DNA of 64,000 bases from Clostridia bacterium (GTDB lineage Bacteria; Bacillota; Clostridia; Christensenellales; Borkfalkiaceae): NCBI GenBank assembly GCA_017463325.1, contig JAFTPK010000005.1:7094-71093 (forward strand), in the 5' to 3' direction. The position numbers and the translations under genes are program-made. A model generated the notes under the pieces. It was not told where the DNA came from and ran no database searches. It saw nothing but the letters and a program-made list of their open reading frames with translations. Numbering within the stretch: position 1 is the first letter of the stretch; every line of letters starts with the position of its first letter. Below, in pieces: positions 35,599 to 44,883 of this stretch.

Positions 35599-35604
35599 CG
35601 CCTT

Positions 35605-36312
35605 TTAAAGGATTGTCAACAATTCTTTTAAACTCTTCACCTCGTACGTTGGCTTGATCTCCGTTTCATTCCTCTCTCCTCTTCGATTTAACCAACAACT
35701 GTCAATGCCGCTCAAATTCGCCCCCCTAACGTCCGAAGAAAGCGAATCGCCCACCATTAAACACTCCTCCCTTTTTACTCGCATTTCCTCTAAAATCCTA
35801 TCAAAGAAGGCAGGCAGGGGCTTGATTACACCCATTTCCTCCGAAATATAAATCCCCTTAAAATATTTTGCAAGCTCGCTTAAACGCCCGTATTGCATTT
35901 CCGTCATACCGTTCGTCGCCACGCAAAGCTCGTATTTCCTAACCAACGCGTCTAGCGTTTCTTTCGCCCCCTCGCAAAGCACGGCGGGCGCCTCCAAGCT
36001 TTTGGCAAATTCCTCCCCGACCTCTAACGCACTCGCAAAACAAGAAAACCGCGCGAAAATCCCCTCGAAAATGCGTTTCACGTGGGTATGGTACAAAGCA
36101 TGGTACTCCCTCTGAATGTACTCGGTATGGACGTCGTTAAGCCCAGCAGCCGTCCAAGCGGCACTACTGATTGCATTACATTCGTCAAGCACCTCTTCCG
36201 TCGGCTCGATCCCCACCTTGGGCAGCACCTTTTTCAGCGCTTCCCGTTCGTCTTTTGTATAGTCGATCAGCGTATGATCGGCATCAAAAATCACAACCTT
36301 ATACTTTTTCAA
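35605..36312 (-). CDS. HAD-superfamily hydrolase (subfamily IA-like)
   Basis: Motif I VIFDADHTLID, motif II-like VATNG and motif IV MVGDSLSSDVRGA. Confidence 0.75.
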   Translation of the reverse strand: MKKYKVVIFDADHTLIDYTKDEREALKKVLPKVGIEPTEEVLDECNAISSAAWTAAGLNDVHTEYIQREYHALYHTHVKRIFEGIFARFSCFASALEVGEEFAKSLEAPAVLCEGAKETLDALVRKYELCVATNGMTEMQYGRLSELAKYFKGIYISEEMGVIKPLPAFFDRILEEMRVKREECLMVGDSLSSDVRGANLSGIDSCWLNRRGERNETEIKPTYEVKSLKELLTIL

Positions 36313-36318
36313 TCCCTC

Positions 36319-36525
36319 TCACCAGTCCTGTTTTTTCAAGGATTTATCCTTCACGTCGTCGTAATAATCAAAATAACGCCGCTTAAATTCCTCTTTCGTT
36401 AAGGGCTTTTCCCCCTGCTCTTGCATCACCCGCAAAAGCTCCTCTATTTCCTCAGGGGAAAAATCGGCAAGCTCCGCCTCCTCTCCGTACGTTTCCAAAA
36501 ATTTCAAAATATCTAATTCCGACAT
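36319..36525 (-). CDS. Small acidic hypothetical protein
   Basis: 68 aa. Its ATG overlaps the upstream stop (TAATG on the minus strand) and it ends 6 nt before the HAD start, so it appears operonic. Confidence 0.5.
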   Translation of the reverse strand: MSELDILKFLETYGEEAELADFSPEEIEELLRVMQEQGEKPLTKEEFKRRYFDYYDDVKDKSLKKQDW

Positions 36526-37367
36526 TACAATTCTATCTCCTTATGCTCTCCGCAAACGGGCACCGTCAACGCCGTAAACCCGATTTCTTTCAGCATTTTT
36601 ACGACGTACTCCCGCTTATCGAGAATACGCTCCGCAAAATGCGCGTCGCTCCCAAACGATACCTTTCTGCCGCTCAGCTCGAAATACCTCTCCAAAACAT
36701 CTCTATCGGGAAGCGTCGGCGAAACGCCAAGCTTGTTCGAGCTATTCACTTCAAGAATTTTTCCTCTTTCAACCACCGCGCGAAGAACACTATCCCAAGC
36801 CTCAGAAAACTCCGCGTAGGTCGCAGACTTGTCCGCGTAAGGAGCGTAACGGGTGCAATAGCCTACGTGGCCGACAATATCAAACTGGAAGCTCGCCTCA
36901 ATCCCACGCTTAACAAGAGCGAAATACTCCTCATACACCTCTTTTTTCGGGCGCAAGCTTCCGTCCGCAAGGCGATAAGGCACGCCGCTATGATAGTCTT
37001 TCCCTTTCAGCGTATGCACGCTGTTAATGACAAAATCGGGACGATACTTTTGAATAAAAGCACGATATGCCCTCTCCGCCTCCTCGTCATCCGTATAGCC
37101 AAACTCCGCGCCGACAAGCACTTCAATGCGACCATGGTACTCCCTTTTCTTTTCACGTGCGACGCGAAAATACTCGTCTGCGTCTGTGAAATAAGGGGTG
37201 TCGTACGCCGTTTCTCCGAACAACTGCATATCGTAGTCGATATGCTCGGAAATGCCGTAATAGCGTACGCCACGGCTCTCCGCCCCTGCCAGCATTGCCG
37301 AAATATCGTCTTTTCCGTCAGGGGAAAAGGCGGTATGCGTATGAAGATCAGTCAATATCTTTTCCAT
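36525..37367 (-). CDS. Histidinol-phosphatase, PHP family (HisJ/HisK-type)
   Basis: DLHTHTAFSPDG at the N-terminus, ISEHIDY and C-terminal FGSDAH. Start moved to the ATG at 37367 (MEKILTDLHTHT). The longer track ORF adds an implausible N-terminus. Confidence 0.7.
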   Translation of the reverse strand: MEKILTDLHTHTAFSPDGKDDISAMLAGAESRGVRYYGISEHIDYDMQLFGETAYDTPYFTDADEYFRVAREKKREYHGRIEVLVGAEFGYTDDEEAERAYRAFIQKYRPDFVINSVHTLKGKDYHSGVPYRLADGSLRPKKEVYEEYFALVKRGIEASFQFDIVGHVGYCTRYAPYADKSATYAEFSEAWDSVLRAVVERGKILEVNSSNKLGVSPTLPDRDVLERYFELSGRKVSFGSDAHFAERILDKREYVVKMLKEIGFTALTVPVCGEHKEIEL

Positions 37368-37552
37368 AATACTCCTATGATCAAACCGAAACCGTATTCT
37401 TTCTTCCAAACTTGACAAAAAACGGGAAAAACCCGCGATTTTTTCCTTATTGTTCCTGTATTTCCGTTCTTCTCCTATTGCCCTTAGCCGCATTGCCCTT
37501 TATAATGGGGAAGTGGACTTTTCCGCAAAATCAAAACCAAGGAACAATATGT

Positions 37553-38419
37553 ATGAAAAAATCGTTAAAAACTACTTTGGCGGCACTTCTCGCCGCTTTT
37601 ACACTTTTTCCCCTTGCCGCGTGCGGCAATGACAAGCCCGAAACGGAAACCGGCTCCTCGTCGGAAATCAGTTCTTCTCTGCCCGAAGAACCCGAAACCC
37701 AGACGCCTTCTCAGCCTACCACACCCGAAGAGCCTGAAACACAGACGCCCTCAAAGCCCGAACAACCCGTCGCACCTACTGTCACCTACGACAACTATTT
37801 CCGTTGCACCTCCGACCGCGTCAACCTGCGCGCGGGCGCAGGCACCTCGTACGCCGTGCTTGGCAGCGCGGAAAAGGGCACCATGTACGCGATCATAGGA
37901 AAAACGGGCAACTGGTACAAAACCTATTACAAAGGAAAAACGGCTTACTTTTACTCAGAATATGCCGCCGTTTTCTCCATTGAAGAATCCAAAAACGAAG
38001 AGGTAGAAGAAGTGCTTTCTCAGGCCTATAAGCTGATCGGTGTGCCCTACGTTTACGGTGCCGTACGACTGCACAACGGAAAAGGAAAATTCCTTTCGGG
38101 GTTCACAGCGCAAAAATTCGACTGCTCTTCCCTCGTACAATACGTATACTATTACGGTGCGGACGCGCTATTAAACACGACGACGCGCACGCAAATCAAG
38201 CAAGGAAAATACGTCGCTCCAAGCGATTTAAAACGCGGCGACTGTATCTTCTTCACCAACGACGAACGGCGTTATAATACGGGCATTGAACGGGTAGGTC
38301 ACGTCGCCATTTACCTCGGCGACAATTATATCTTGCACACGGCGTCCGATTACGCCCGTATCGAACAAATCTCCTCCAAGCGTTGGAACTATTACATAGA
38401 AGCTAGACGCTTTTTGTAA
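37553..38419 (+). CDS. Lipoprotein with SH3b domain and NlpC/P60 peptidoglycan endopeptidase domain
   Basis: Lipobox signal MKKSLKTTLAALLAAFTLFPLAAC. P/E/T-rich linker with a repeated EEPETQTPS unit. SH3b-like RVNLRAGAGTSYAVLGSAEKGTMYAIIGKTGNWYK. NlpC/P60 catalytic FDCSSLVQYVY plus GHVAIYLG...ILH. Confidence 0.8.
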   Translation: MKKSLKTTLAALLAAFTLFPLAACGNDKPETETGSSSEISSSLPEEPETQTPSQPTTPEEPETQTPSKPEQPVAPTVTYDNYFRCTSDRVNLRAGAGTSYAVLGSAEKGTMYAIIGKTGNWYKTYYKGKTAYFYSEYAAVFSIEESKNEEVEEVLSQAYKLIGVPYVYGAVRLHNGKGKFLSGFTAQKFDCSSLVQYVYYYGADALLNTTTRTQIKQGKYVAPSDLKRGDCIFFTNDERRYNTGIERVGHVAIYLGDNYILHTASDYARIEQISSKRWNYYIEARRFL

Positions 38420-38422
38420 AGC

Positions 38423-39148
38423 TTATTCCTCTCGTTGCGGAAGCGAACACGCCGTCACAAAATACACCGCCCGCGCGCCCGCGTTTTTCAAGATCCTTGC
38501 GCACTCGCCGCCCGTTGCACCCGTGGTCATAATATCGTCCACGACGATCACCACCCGATTATCGCAAAGTTTCCGCTTTCTCACGCGGATACTACCGCGA
38601 ATTCGCTCCCGCCGCTCCTGCGCCGTTCTCTTTTTCTGATCCCCGTCCCCGATTTTCACAAGAACGTCCGCCGCATACTCGTAGCCCGTCAGCGCGGCAA
38701 TTCTTTTCGCTAAATCCTCCGCTTGATTAAACCGACGAGTCTTTTTCTTCCGCTCGGTGATAGGCACGGCGACCAAAATCGGCGGTTCTAAAAAGGAAAG
38801 CTCTGAAAGCTTTTTTGCCATCTCCTCCGCAAAGAAAGCCGCCAAGTATCGCTCGCCCTGCTTGAAGCGATTGATCATACGCGCGGCGTCGCCGTGATAA
38901 ATAAAGGGAGAAACCGCCCTTTCAAACGCAGGCGGCTCCTTTTTACAGCCAAGACAAAGCCCCTCGGCGCGCAAAGCGCGGCCGCATTTTTCGCATTGCC
39001 GTTTTTCATTTTTGAAAACGGTCTTTTGGCAATGCTCACATAGCCTTTGGCTGGGATATTCAAAGACCTCCCGCCCGCAGCCATCGCAAGTAAACCCCGC
39101 CGTATTGTTATTTAATAGCCATTCCTTGACCTTGGTAAACACGCCCAT
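38423..39148 (-). CDS. comFC: ComF family protein (phosphoribosyltransferase domain)
   Basis: N-terminal double CxxC zinc finger (CDGCG...CEHC, CEKCG...CLGC) and PRTase motif VVIVVDDIMTTGAT. Confidence 0.75.
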   Translation of the reverse strand: MGVFTKVKEWLLNNNTAGFTCDGCGREVFEYPSQRLCEHCQKTVFKNEKRQCEKCGRALRAEGLCLGCKKEPPAFERAVSPFIYHGDAARMINRFKQGERYLAAFFAEEMAKKLSELSFLEPPILVAVPITERKKKTRRFNQAEDLAKRIAALTGYEYAADVLVKIGDGDQKKRTAQERRERIRGSIRVRKRKLCDNRVVIVVDDIMTTGATGGECARILKNAGARAVYFVTACSLPQREE

Positions 39149-39153
39149 GGTGC

Positions 39154-40107
39154 TTAGTCCTTCTTCTCTCCGTCCGCTTTCCGCTGTACCCGTACAAGCA
39201 TATACGCCGCCGCAATTCCGACGATTAACAGAAAAATTCCAAGTCCCAAGTCAAGTCCCGAAATCCCCGTCTTTGCCCACGTAAGATATACCGCAGCCAC
39301 GTCGCCGTTGAAAAACATAGTGATCACAGACCCAAGCGACAGCCCAACGATCATGGAATACGCCCCCGCGCGCGCCTTTTGAAAGACGATAGTCAGGAGC
39401 TTGGAAAAGCTGAAAAAGCCGATTACAAACCCAACGACAAGCCCACCGAGCAACACGAGAAGGGAGGTGTTGGAAAAAAGCGTTTCGTTGATGCCGCCCA
39501 TGATCGCCGCATACCAGCCGATCGCCATCAAAATAGCGCTGGCGCTAAGCCCGGGCACCACCTGCGTAATTGCCATCACGTAGCCGACGACGAGCGCAAG
39601 ACAAAACACAAGGGGCAGGGGCGCGTTGAGAACACCGCTACCGCTTTCCGCGCCCGTGAAAGCCGACACCGCCGAATAGACGCCGACGGCAAGTGGGATC
39701 AGTACGCCAAGCAAGAACAGAGCCACCCGTTTCCCCGTCATTTCTACGCCTTGAAGCTCGTCTTTGACAGCAGGGAAAGCACCGATCATCAATCCTGCAA
39801 ACAGGCAAATCACGGCGAACGGTAAAAGTTCAAGCAGTTTTTTGACGGCAAGAAAGCCAAGTCCGAAGCCGAGTACCGCACCAAGGCCGATCGGCAATAA
39901 AAACAAAAAACAGATCTTGAATTTTTTGAAAAAATTCCCGACGGCGTAAAGAAACTGATCGTACAGCTTAAAGATGATGGCGACGGTAGAACCGCTAATC
40001 CCCGGCACGATTACCGCAAGGCCGATAAAAAATCCAAGCAGCGCGCTCTTACACCACGTTTTTTTATTGTATTTAATAAGGGCGATTTCCAAGCTATCCT
40101 TTTGCAT
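39154..40107 (-). CDS. DUF368 family membrane protein
   Basis: Polytopic protein with two copies of the DUF368-type PG(I/L)S(G/A)S motif (VIVPGISGSTVAI and VVPGLSASAILMA). Confidence 0.6.
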   Translation of the reverse strand: MQKDSLEIALIKYNKKTWCKSALLGFFIGLAVIVPGISGSTVAIIFKLYDQFLYAVGNFFKKFKICFLFLLPIGLGAVLGFGLGFLAVKKLLELLPFAVICLFAGLMIGAFPAVKDELQGVEMTGKRVALFLLGVLIPLAVGVYSAVSAFTGAESGSGVLNAPLPLVFCLALVVGYVMAITQVVPGLSASAILMAIGWYAAIMGGINETLFSNTSLLVLLGGLVVGFVIGFFSFSKLLTIVFQKARAGAYSMIVGLSLGSVITMFFNGDVAAVYLTWAKTGISGLDLGLGIFLLIVGIAAAYMLVRVQRKADGEKKD

Positions 40108-40258
40108 ATTTTTCTCCTTTTCCTCTATTATACGCTAAAAAAACGCGAAGGTCAACCTACGAACATGATTTTTTTTCAAAAAAAGGGAAATTCCTATAAA
40201 AATCGACAAGATTTATTCTTTTCTATATTTTATAATACAAACATAAAGGAGAAAAATT

Positions 40259-41227
40259 ATGCAATATCAGAAAAAAATGTGCGTTTTACGGCAATTAAAA
40301 CAAGGCTTTTCAGGCGACGGACGGCCACTTTCGGGGCTTATCAAAGTAGAGCAATACGGAAAAAACGTCGCCATTGAAATTTCTGCCGTCGGCTTCGCCC
40401 CGCTTTCCTCGGGGGAATACTACTGTTTAATCGCCGACGCGAACGAGCGGACGGAGCTTTTGCCTCTACGCGGCAAAACTCTTTTCAACCTCGTTTCCTC
40501 ACTTGATATTTCGGGCGGCTTTTGCGGCGCGATCTGTTTCGTCAAGACGGAAGTTTTACCGATCGCTTTCGGCGTGAACGGTAATCATACGTTCGACCTT
40601 GCCCACTTGATAAGAAAGGCATTTTTAGAGGTCACAAAAGGGCTTGAACAAGACCCTGCCCCCACCGTTTCTAAAAAACACGAGGAGGAAACGGCCGCCG
40701 CGTACGACGACGAGCGGATCGCCGAGGAAAATTATTTTGAAGGAGAGGAAGATGAACGCGGAAAGGTTGAGAAAGGTAGCGGCCATGTACACGTTGAAAG
40801 CGGAAATACGGGCGAAAACGAGCAAACGAGGATTGATTCTCAAACGTATGCAAATGGTGAAAACGTACTCCACGCGTTTACGACTGACTCGGACGGCTTC
40901 TACCAGCAAATCAAAGGAGAGCTTGACGAGCTTTTCTCCCGTTACCCGAAAGACGGAACCTTAAATTACGCATTCCCCTCCTCCGAATGGGTGCGTGTCA
41001 AAGGGAGCGAGGAAGAGCCTCAGGAGCTGATCGGCGTCGTATACGAGGGCGGAAAAGCCAAGTATATTTGCTACGCCGTACCTGCCAAGGATAAGTCAAC
41101 GCCGCCGAAGGAATTTGAAAATGCGGGATTTTTTATCCCCCTTTCTCCCTTCCGGCAAAACGAGGGCTTTTTTGTCCTCTATCAAAGCGCGGCAACAGGC
41201 GAAAGTATAAAGCCGATAGAGGAATGA
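40259..41227 (+). CDS. Hypothetical protein with acidic central region
   Basis: 322-aa ORF behind an AAGGAGA RBS. No motif recognised. Confidence 0.55.
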   Translation: MQYQKKMCVLRQLKQGFSGDGRPLSGLIKVEQYGKNVAIEISAVGFAPLSSGEYYCLIADANERTELLPLRGKTLFNLVSSLDISGGFCGAICFVKTEVLPIAFGVNGNHTFDLAHLIRKAFLEVTKGLEQDPAPTVSKKHEEETAAAYDDERIAEENYFEGEEDERGKVEKGSGHVHVESGNTGENEQTRIDSQTYANGENVLHAFTTDSDGFYQQIKGELDELFSRYPKDGTLNYAFPSSEWVRVKGSEEEPQELIGVVYEGGKAKYICYAVPAKDKSTPPKEFENAGFFIPLSPFRQNEGFFVLYQSAATGESIKPIEE

Positions 41228-41257
41228 CCTCTATCGGCAGTTTGTTTTATTCTCACA

Positions 41258-42718
41258 TTAACCCTTTTGCGGTTCGCAAGTGACGTGCATTCCAAGCGCC
41301 TTGAACGTTTTTTCATCTACGTCCGCCAAAATAACGGTGGAATGTACCTCACAGCTTTTCAGTTTATCAAGCTGCTCGACGGCGAGCTTTGCCGTCGGGT
41401 TCGTCACCGCGCAAATAGCAAGCGCCATCAGCACCTCGTCGGTATGCAAACGGGGATTGACCGCCCCCATGTGCTTAACTTTTAAACGCTGTATAGGCTG
41501 AATAATTTTAGGGGAAATCAGTTCTGTTCCGTCGTCGATCCCGCCGAGGGTCTTTAACGCGTTCAACAAACAAGCCGCCGCCGCGCCCAGCATTTGCCCC
41601 GTTTTACCTGTTACGACCACACCGCTTGAAAGCTCGATCGCCACCGCAGGTCCACCCGTCGCCGCCGCCTTTTCAAGCGCGGGCTTTACCGTTTTTCTGC
41701 TCTCTGCCGTGACGGAAAGCTTACTCATGAGCAGCTCGATTTTGGAAACGACCTCTTTGCTCACCCTGCCCTTACGCGCGTCGCAAAGAGCGGCGTAGTA
41801 ACGGCGAATAATTTCGTTTGCAGAGGCATTTTTACACGCCTCGTCGTCTACAATACAAAAGCCCGCCATGTTTACGCCCATATCCGTCGGGGATTTGTAC
41901 GGCGAACAACCGAGGATTTTTTCAAGCATAGCGTTGACAACGGGGAAAATTTCCACGTCGCGGTTGTAATTGACGGCAAGCGTACCGTACGCCTCTAAAT
42001 GATAGGGGTCGATCATGTTGACGTCGTTCAAATCAGCCGTGGCTGCCTCATAGGCAAGGTTGACGGGGTGCGAGAGAGGAATACTCCAAATGGGGAAGGT
42101 TTCAAATTTCGCGTAGCCCGCCTTAACGCCCCGCTGATTTTCATGATAAAGCTGCGAAAGACAGGTGGCCATTTTCCCGCTCCCGGGACCGGGTGCGGTA
42201 ACAACGACAAGCTTTCGGGAGGTGGGCACGTACTCGTTCTTGCCGTACCCCTCGTCGCTTACGATTTTTTGAACGTCCGAGGGATAGCCCTCGATCGCGT
42301 AATGCTTGTACACCTTCACGCCGAGCATTTCCAAACGCTTGATAAAGCCGTCCACGCGCGCCGTCGAATGGTACATAGTCATCACGACGCTCCCCACGAA
42401 CAGCCCTTGACTTTGGAAAACGTCCAAAAGCCGCAACACGTCGGCGTCATAGGTAATGCCGAGATCGCGACGATATTTATTTTTTTCAATATCTTTTGCG
42501 CTGATAACGACGAGAATTTCCGCGACGTCTTTCAGCTTTAAAAGCATTTTGATTTTACTGTCAGGCTCAAACCCGGGCAGAACGCGGGAGGCGTGATAGT
42601 CGTCAAACAGCTTACCGCCAAATTCCAAATACAGCTTATCACCGAAAGAGCGAATCCGCTCCTCGATCTTTTCCGATTGCAATTCAAGGTACTTTTTATT
42701 GTCAAATCCGACCGTCAT
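41258..42718 (-). CDS. DUF1846 (UPF0371) family protein
   Basis: The N-terminus VGFDNKKYLELQSEKIEERI...LYLEFGGKLFDDYHASRVLPGFEPDSKI matches the UPF0371 signature as I recall it. Size is about 490 aa. Confidence 0.75.
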   Translation of the reverse strand: MTVGFDNKKYLELQSEKIEERIRSFGDKLYLEFGGKLFDDYHASRVLPGFEPDSKIKMLLKLKDVAEILVVISAKDIEKNKYRRDLGITYDADVLRLLDVFQSQGLFVGSVVMTMYHSTARVDGFIKRLEMLGVKVYKHYAIEGYPSDVQKIVSDEGYGKNEYVPTSRKLVVVTAPGPGSGKMATCLSQLYHENQRGVKAGYAKFETFPIWSIPLSHPVNLAYEAATADLNDVNMIDPYHLEAYGTLAVNYNRDVEIFPVVNAMLEKILGCSPYKSPTDMGVNMAGFCIVDDEACKNASANEIIRRYYAALCDARKGRVSKEVVSKIELLMSKLSVTAESRKTVKPALEKAAATGGPAVAIELSSGVVVTGKTGQMLGAAAACLLNALKTLGGIDDGTELISPKIIQPIQRLKVKHMGAVNPRLHTDEVLMALAICAVTNPTAKLAVEQLDKLKSCEVHSTVILADVDEKTFKALGMHVTCEPQKG

Positions 42719-42792
42719 TATCGCGCTCCTTTCTCTCGTAAAACCTTATTACTATTATTGTACCAAAAACCCAAAAAAAAGTCAACCGACGA

Positions 42793-42822
42793 ACGAAAAA
42801 AATCCCGCCCTTTGGACGGGAT
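42793..42822 (-). terminator. Rho-independent terminator downstream of degV
   Basis: On the minus strand: ATCCCG-TCCAAAGGG-CGGGAT followed by TTTTTTCG. There is also a T-tract on the plus side. Confidence 0.5.
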
Positions 42823-42842
42823 TTTTTCTCTTCTTTTTTACC

Positions 42843-43718
42843 TTATCTATGCTTTCCTTTACAGAACACCGCCATTGTGCCTACCCCCGAGTGCGTTCCG
42901 ATCACAGGTCCGATATAATTGATCTCCACCCGTGCCTTGGGATATTTTTTCAAAATCTGCTCTTTCACGAACAACGCTTCCTCCTCCGCGTCACCGTGAC
43001 TGATGAAAAACGGATCTTCTTCACCGATTGCGGCAAGCTCGAACAGGTTTTCAAGCATAGTAGAAAGCGCTTTCTTTCTACCCATTGCCTTGCCCACCGC
43101 CACGAGCTTTCCGCGCTCGTCCACGTGCATTACCGGCTTGATTTTTAAAATGGATCCGACGATCGCCGTTGCGCCCGATACTCTACCGCCCCGCTTTAAA
43201 TGGAAAAGATTATCCACGGTAAAGCTGTGCAAAATATGTTGTTTCAGCTCCTCTGCATACGCCGCCGTTTCTTCTAGCGTCGCGCCCGTATTCGCCTTTC
43301 TTACCACGTAATCCACAAACAGTCCCTGTCCCATGGACGCGCAAAGACTGTCCACGACGACGATTTTTTGCTTGGGATATTTTTCTTGCAGCTCCTTAGC
43401 CGCCACAGCAAAGCTGCCGTACGTACCCGAAAGCCCCGAAGAAAAGGTAATACAAAGCACGTCGCGTCCCTCTTTTAAATGAGTCTCAATATGGTTTTTC
43501 GCAGCCTCGCTCGTCGCCTGATAAGTGGTGGGCATTGCGCCCGTGCGGAGCCTGTCGTAAAAGTCCTTTTCTGTGATTTTTTCGCCGTCTTCGCCCCCGT
43601 AGTTGACGTTGTTCATGGTAAAGCCCAAGCTCACGAGGTCGATCCCGTTTGCAAGATAGTAGCCCTCGGGCATATCGCAGCCCGAATCGGTAATGATGTC
43701 AAATACTCTTTGTTCCAT
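42843..43718 (-). CDS. degV: DegV family fatty-acid-binding protein
   Basis: The N-terminus IITDSGCDMP, the SSGLSGTY motif and the ~290-aa length are typical of DegV. Confidence 0.85.
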   Translation of the reverse strand: MEQRVFDIITDSGCDMPEGYYLANGIDLVSLGFTMNNVNYGGEDGEKITEKDFYDRLRTGAMPTTYQATSEAAKNHIETHLKEGRDVLCITFSSGLSGTYGSFAVAAKELQEKYPKQKIVVVDSLCASMGQGLFVDYVVRKANTGATLEETAAYAEELKQHILHSFTVDNLFHLKRGGRVSGATAIVGSILKIKPVMHVDERGKLVAVGKAMGRKKALSTMLENLFELAAIGEEDPFFISHGDAEEEALFVKEQILKKYPKARVEINYIGPVIGTHSGVGTMAVFCKGKHR

Positions 43719-43728
43719 CTTCTTTCTC

Positions 43729-43956
43729 CTATTTAAGTACGTTAAATTTTTTTACGCGTTCCGCCTCGCAACGTGCGGTAATGCGGTAAATTCCGTTTTC
43801 ACATACAACTTCCAGCTCGATTTCTTTCGTTAAGTCGAAATACTCGGAAAATTTTCTCGTTAGATCCTGTTCCACGAGCGCCCTACACCCGTCGCTCATC
43901 ACAGCCTTGTCCGACTGGATCACCTCGAACACCCGTTTTAAGTTTCTCTTGTCCAT
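43729..43956 (-). CDS. Small protein in the minE position (divergent MinE-like, uncertain)
   Basis: The ATG at 43956 lies 5 nt after the minD stop, with a GGAGG RBS inside the minD end. The C-terminal half (LVEQDLTRKFSEYFDLTKEIELEV) loosely resembles MinE, but the conserved N-terminal AKERL motif is absent. Confidence 0.4.
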   Translation of the reverse strand: MDKRNLKRVFEVIQSDKAVMSDGCRALVEQDLTRKFSEYFDLTKEIELEVVCENGIYRITARCEAERVKKFNVLK

Positions 43957-43961
43957 CTTAC

Positions 43962-44732
43962 TCAAAGCCTCCGTTTGAGCGCGCGGCGCACGCTCCCCCA
44001 AAATCCCGTATACCGCACCGTTGTATCGTAAATTTTACGCTTGCCTGTGCGAACAGCCTCAGCAAGTGCCTTAAAGGCGCGCGGTAGGCTTTTTAAATCG
44101 GAAAACGGCAGCTTATAATCGGCTGGAATTGCGCCGAGCAGCGGCACTTTTAACACCCCCGCAATCTCTCGCGGCGTGGGCATATCCCCGCTGACGATCA
44201 AATCCCCCTGCGCCATGTTTACAACGAGAGAAACACTTTTCATTTGATAGCTTTTCAGCAGCGAGATCGCCTTGTCCGCGTCGCGGATCGCCGCGATATG
44301 CGGCGTCGTCACCACAATCGCCTCGTTCGCCGAGCAAGCCGCGCGGTGAAAACCCTCGTCAATCCCCGCCGGCGAATCCACGATAATATAATCAAATTCT
44401 CCCGAAAGCCCCTCGATCGCCAGCTTAAACGACTGTGGAGAAATAAAGCGTTCGGGCGTCGTGCTCCTCGAAGCAAGAAGGAACAAATTATAAAATTTTG
44501 GATGACGGACAAGCGCTTGCTTAACCCGACATCTCCCCTCGATCACGTCCACGACGTCGTATAAAACCGACTTCTCCACGCCGCAAACGACGTCGATATT
44601 ATTCAATCCGAAATCGGCGTCGCAAAGCACCACGCGCTCGCCCTTGGCCGACAGACAAGCGCCCAAATAGGTAGAAACGGTGGTTTTTCCCACGCCGCCC
44701 TTTCCGCTTGTCACGACGATAATTCTCGCCAT
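43962..44732 (-). CDS. minD: Septum site-determining ATPase MinD
   Basis: MARIIVVTSGKGGVGKTT deviant Walker A. DFGLNNIDVV, VVDVIEG and DSPAGI are typical MinD blocks. Basic amphipathic C-terminus. Confidence 0.85.
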   Translation of the reverse strand: MARIIVVTSGKGGVGKTTVSTYLGACLSAKGERVVLCDADFGLNNIDVVCGVEKSVLYDVVDVIEGRCRVKQALVRHPKFYNLFLLASRSTTPERFISPQSFKLAIEGLSGEFDYIIVDSPAGIDEGFHRAACSANEAIVVTTPHIAAIRDADKAISLLKSYQMKSVSLVVNMAQGDLIVSGDMPTPREIAGVLKVPLLGAIPADYKLPFSDLKSLPRAFKALAEAVRTGKRKIYDTTVRYTGFWGSVRRALKRRL

Positions 44733-44829
44733 AGTTCACCTCGCTCGTTTTCTCGCAAGGGGAATTTTATCATAAAAGGAGGGGCGAAAATCCCTTTCTT
44801 TTGTCGAAACAAGTCCTATTTCGTCTTTT

Positions 44830-44868
44830 TTAAAAAAGCAAAGCCGCCGCTTTTTTCAAGCGGCGGCC
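44830..44868 (-). terminator. Rho-independent terminator downstream of hisIE
   Basis: On the minus strand: GCCGCCGC-TTGAAAAAA-GCGGCGGC followed by TTTGCTTTTTT. Confidence 0.7.
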
Positions 44869-44883
44869 GTAATATGCACGCGC

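Noticed and set aside
36543-37415. 290-aa plus-strand ORF opposite the PHP histidinol-phosphatase gene
   Set aside because: The antisense partner has clear catalytic motifs (DLHTHT, GSDAH). This frame is R/K/L-rich with no motif or RBS. It is a typical shadow ORF in GC-richer DNA.
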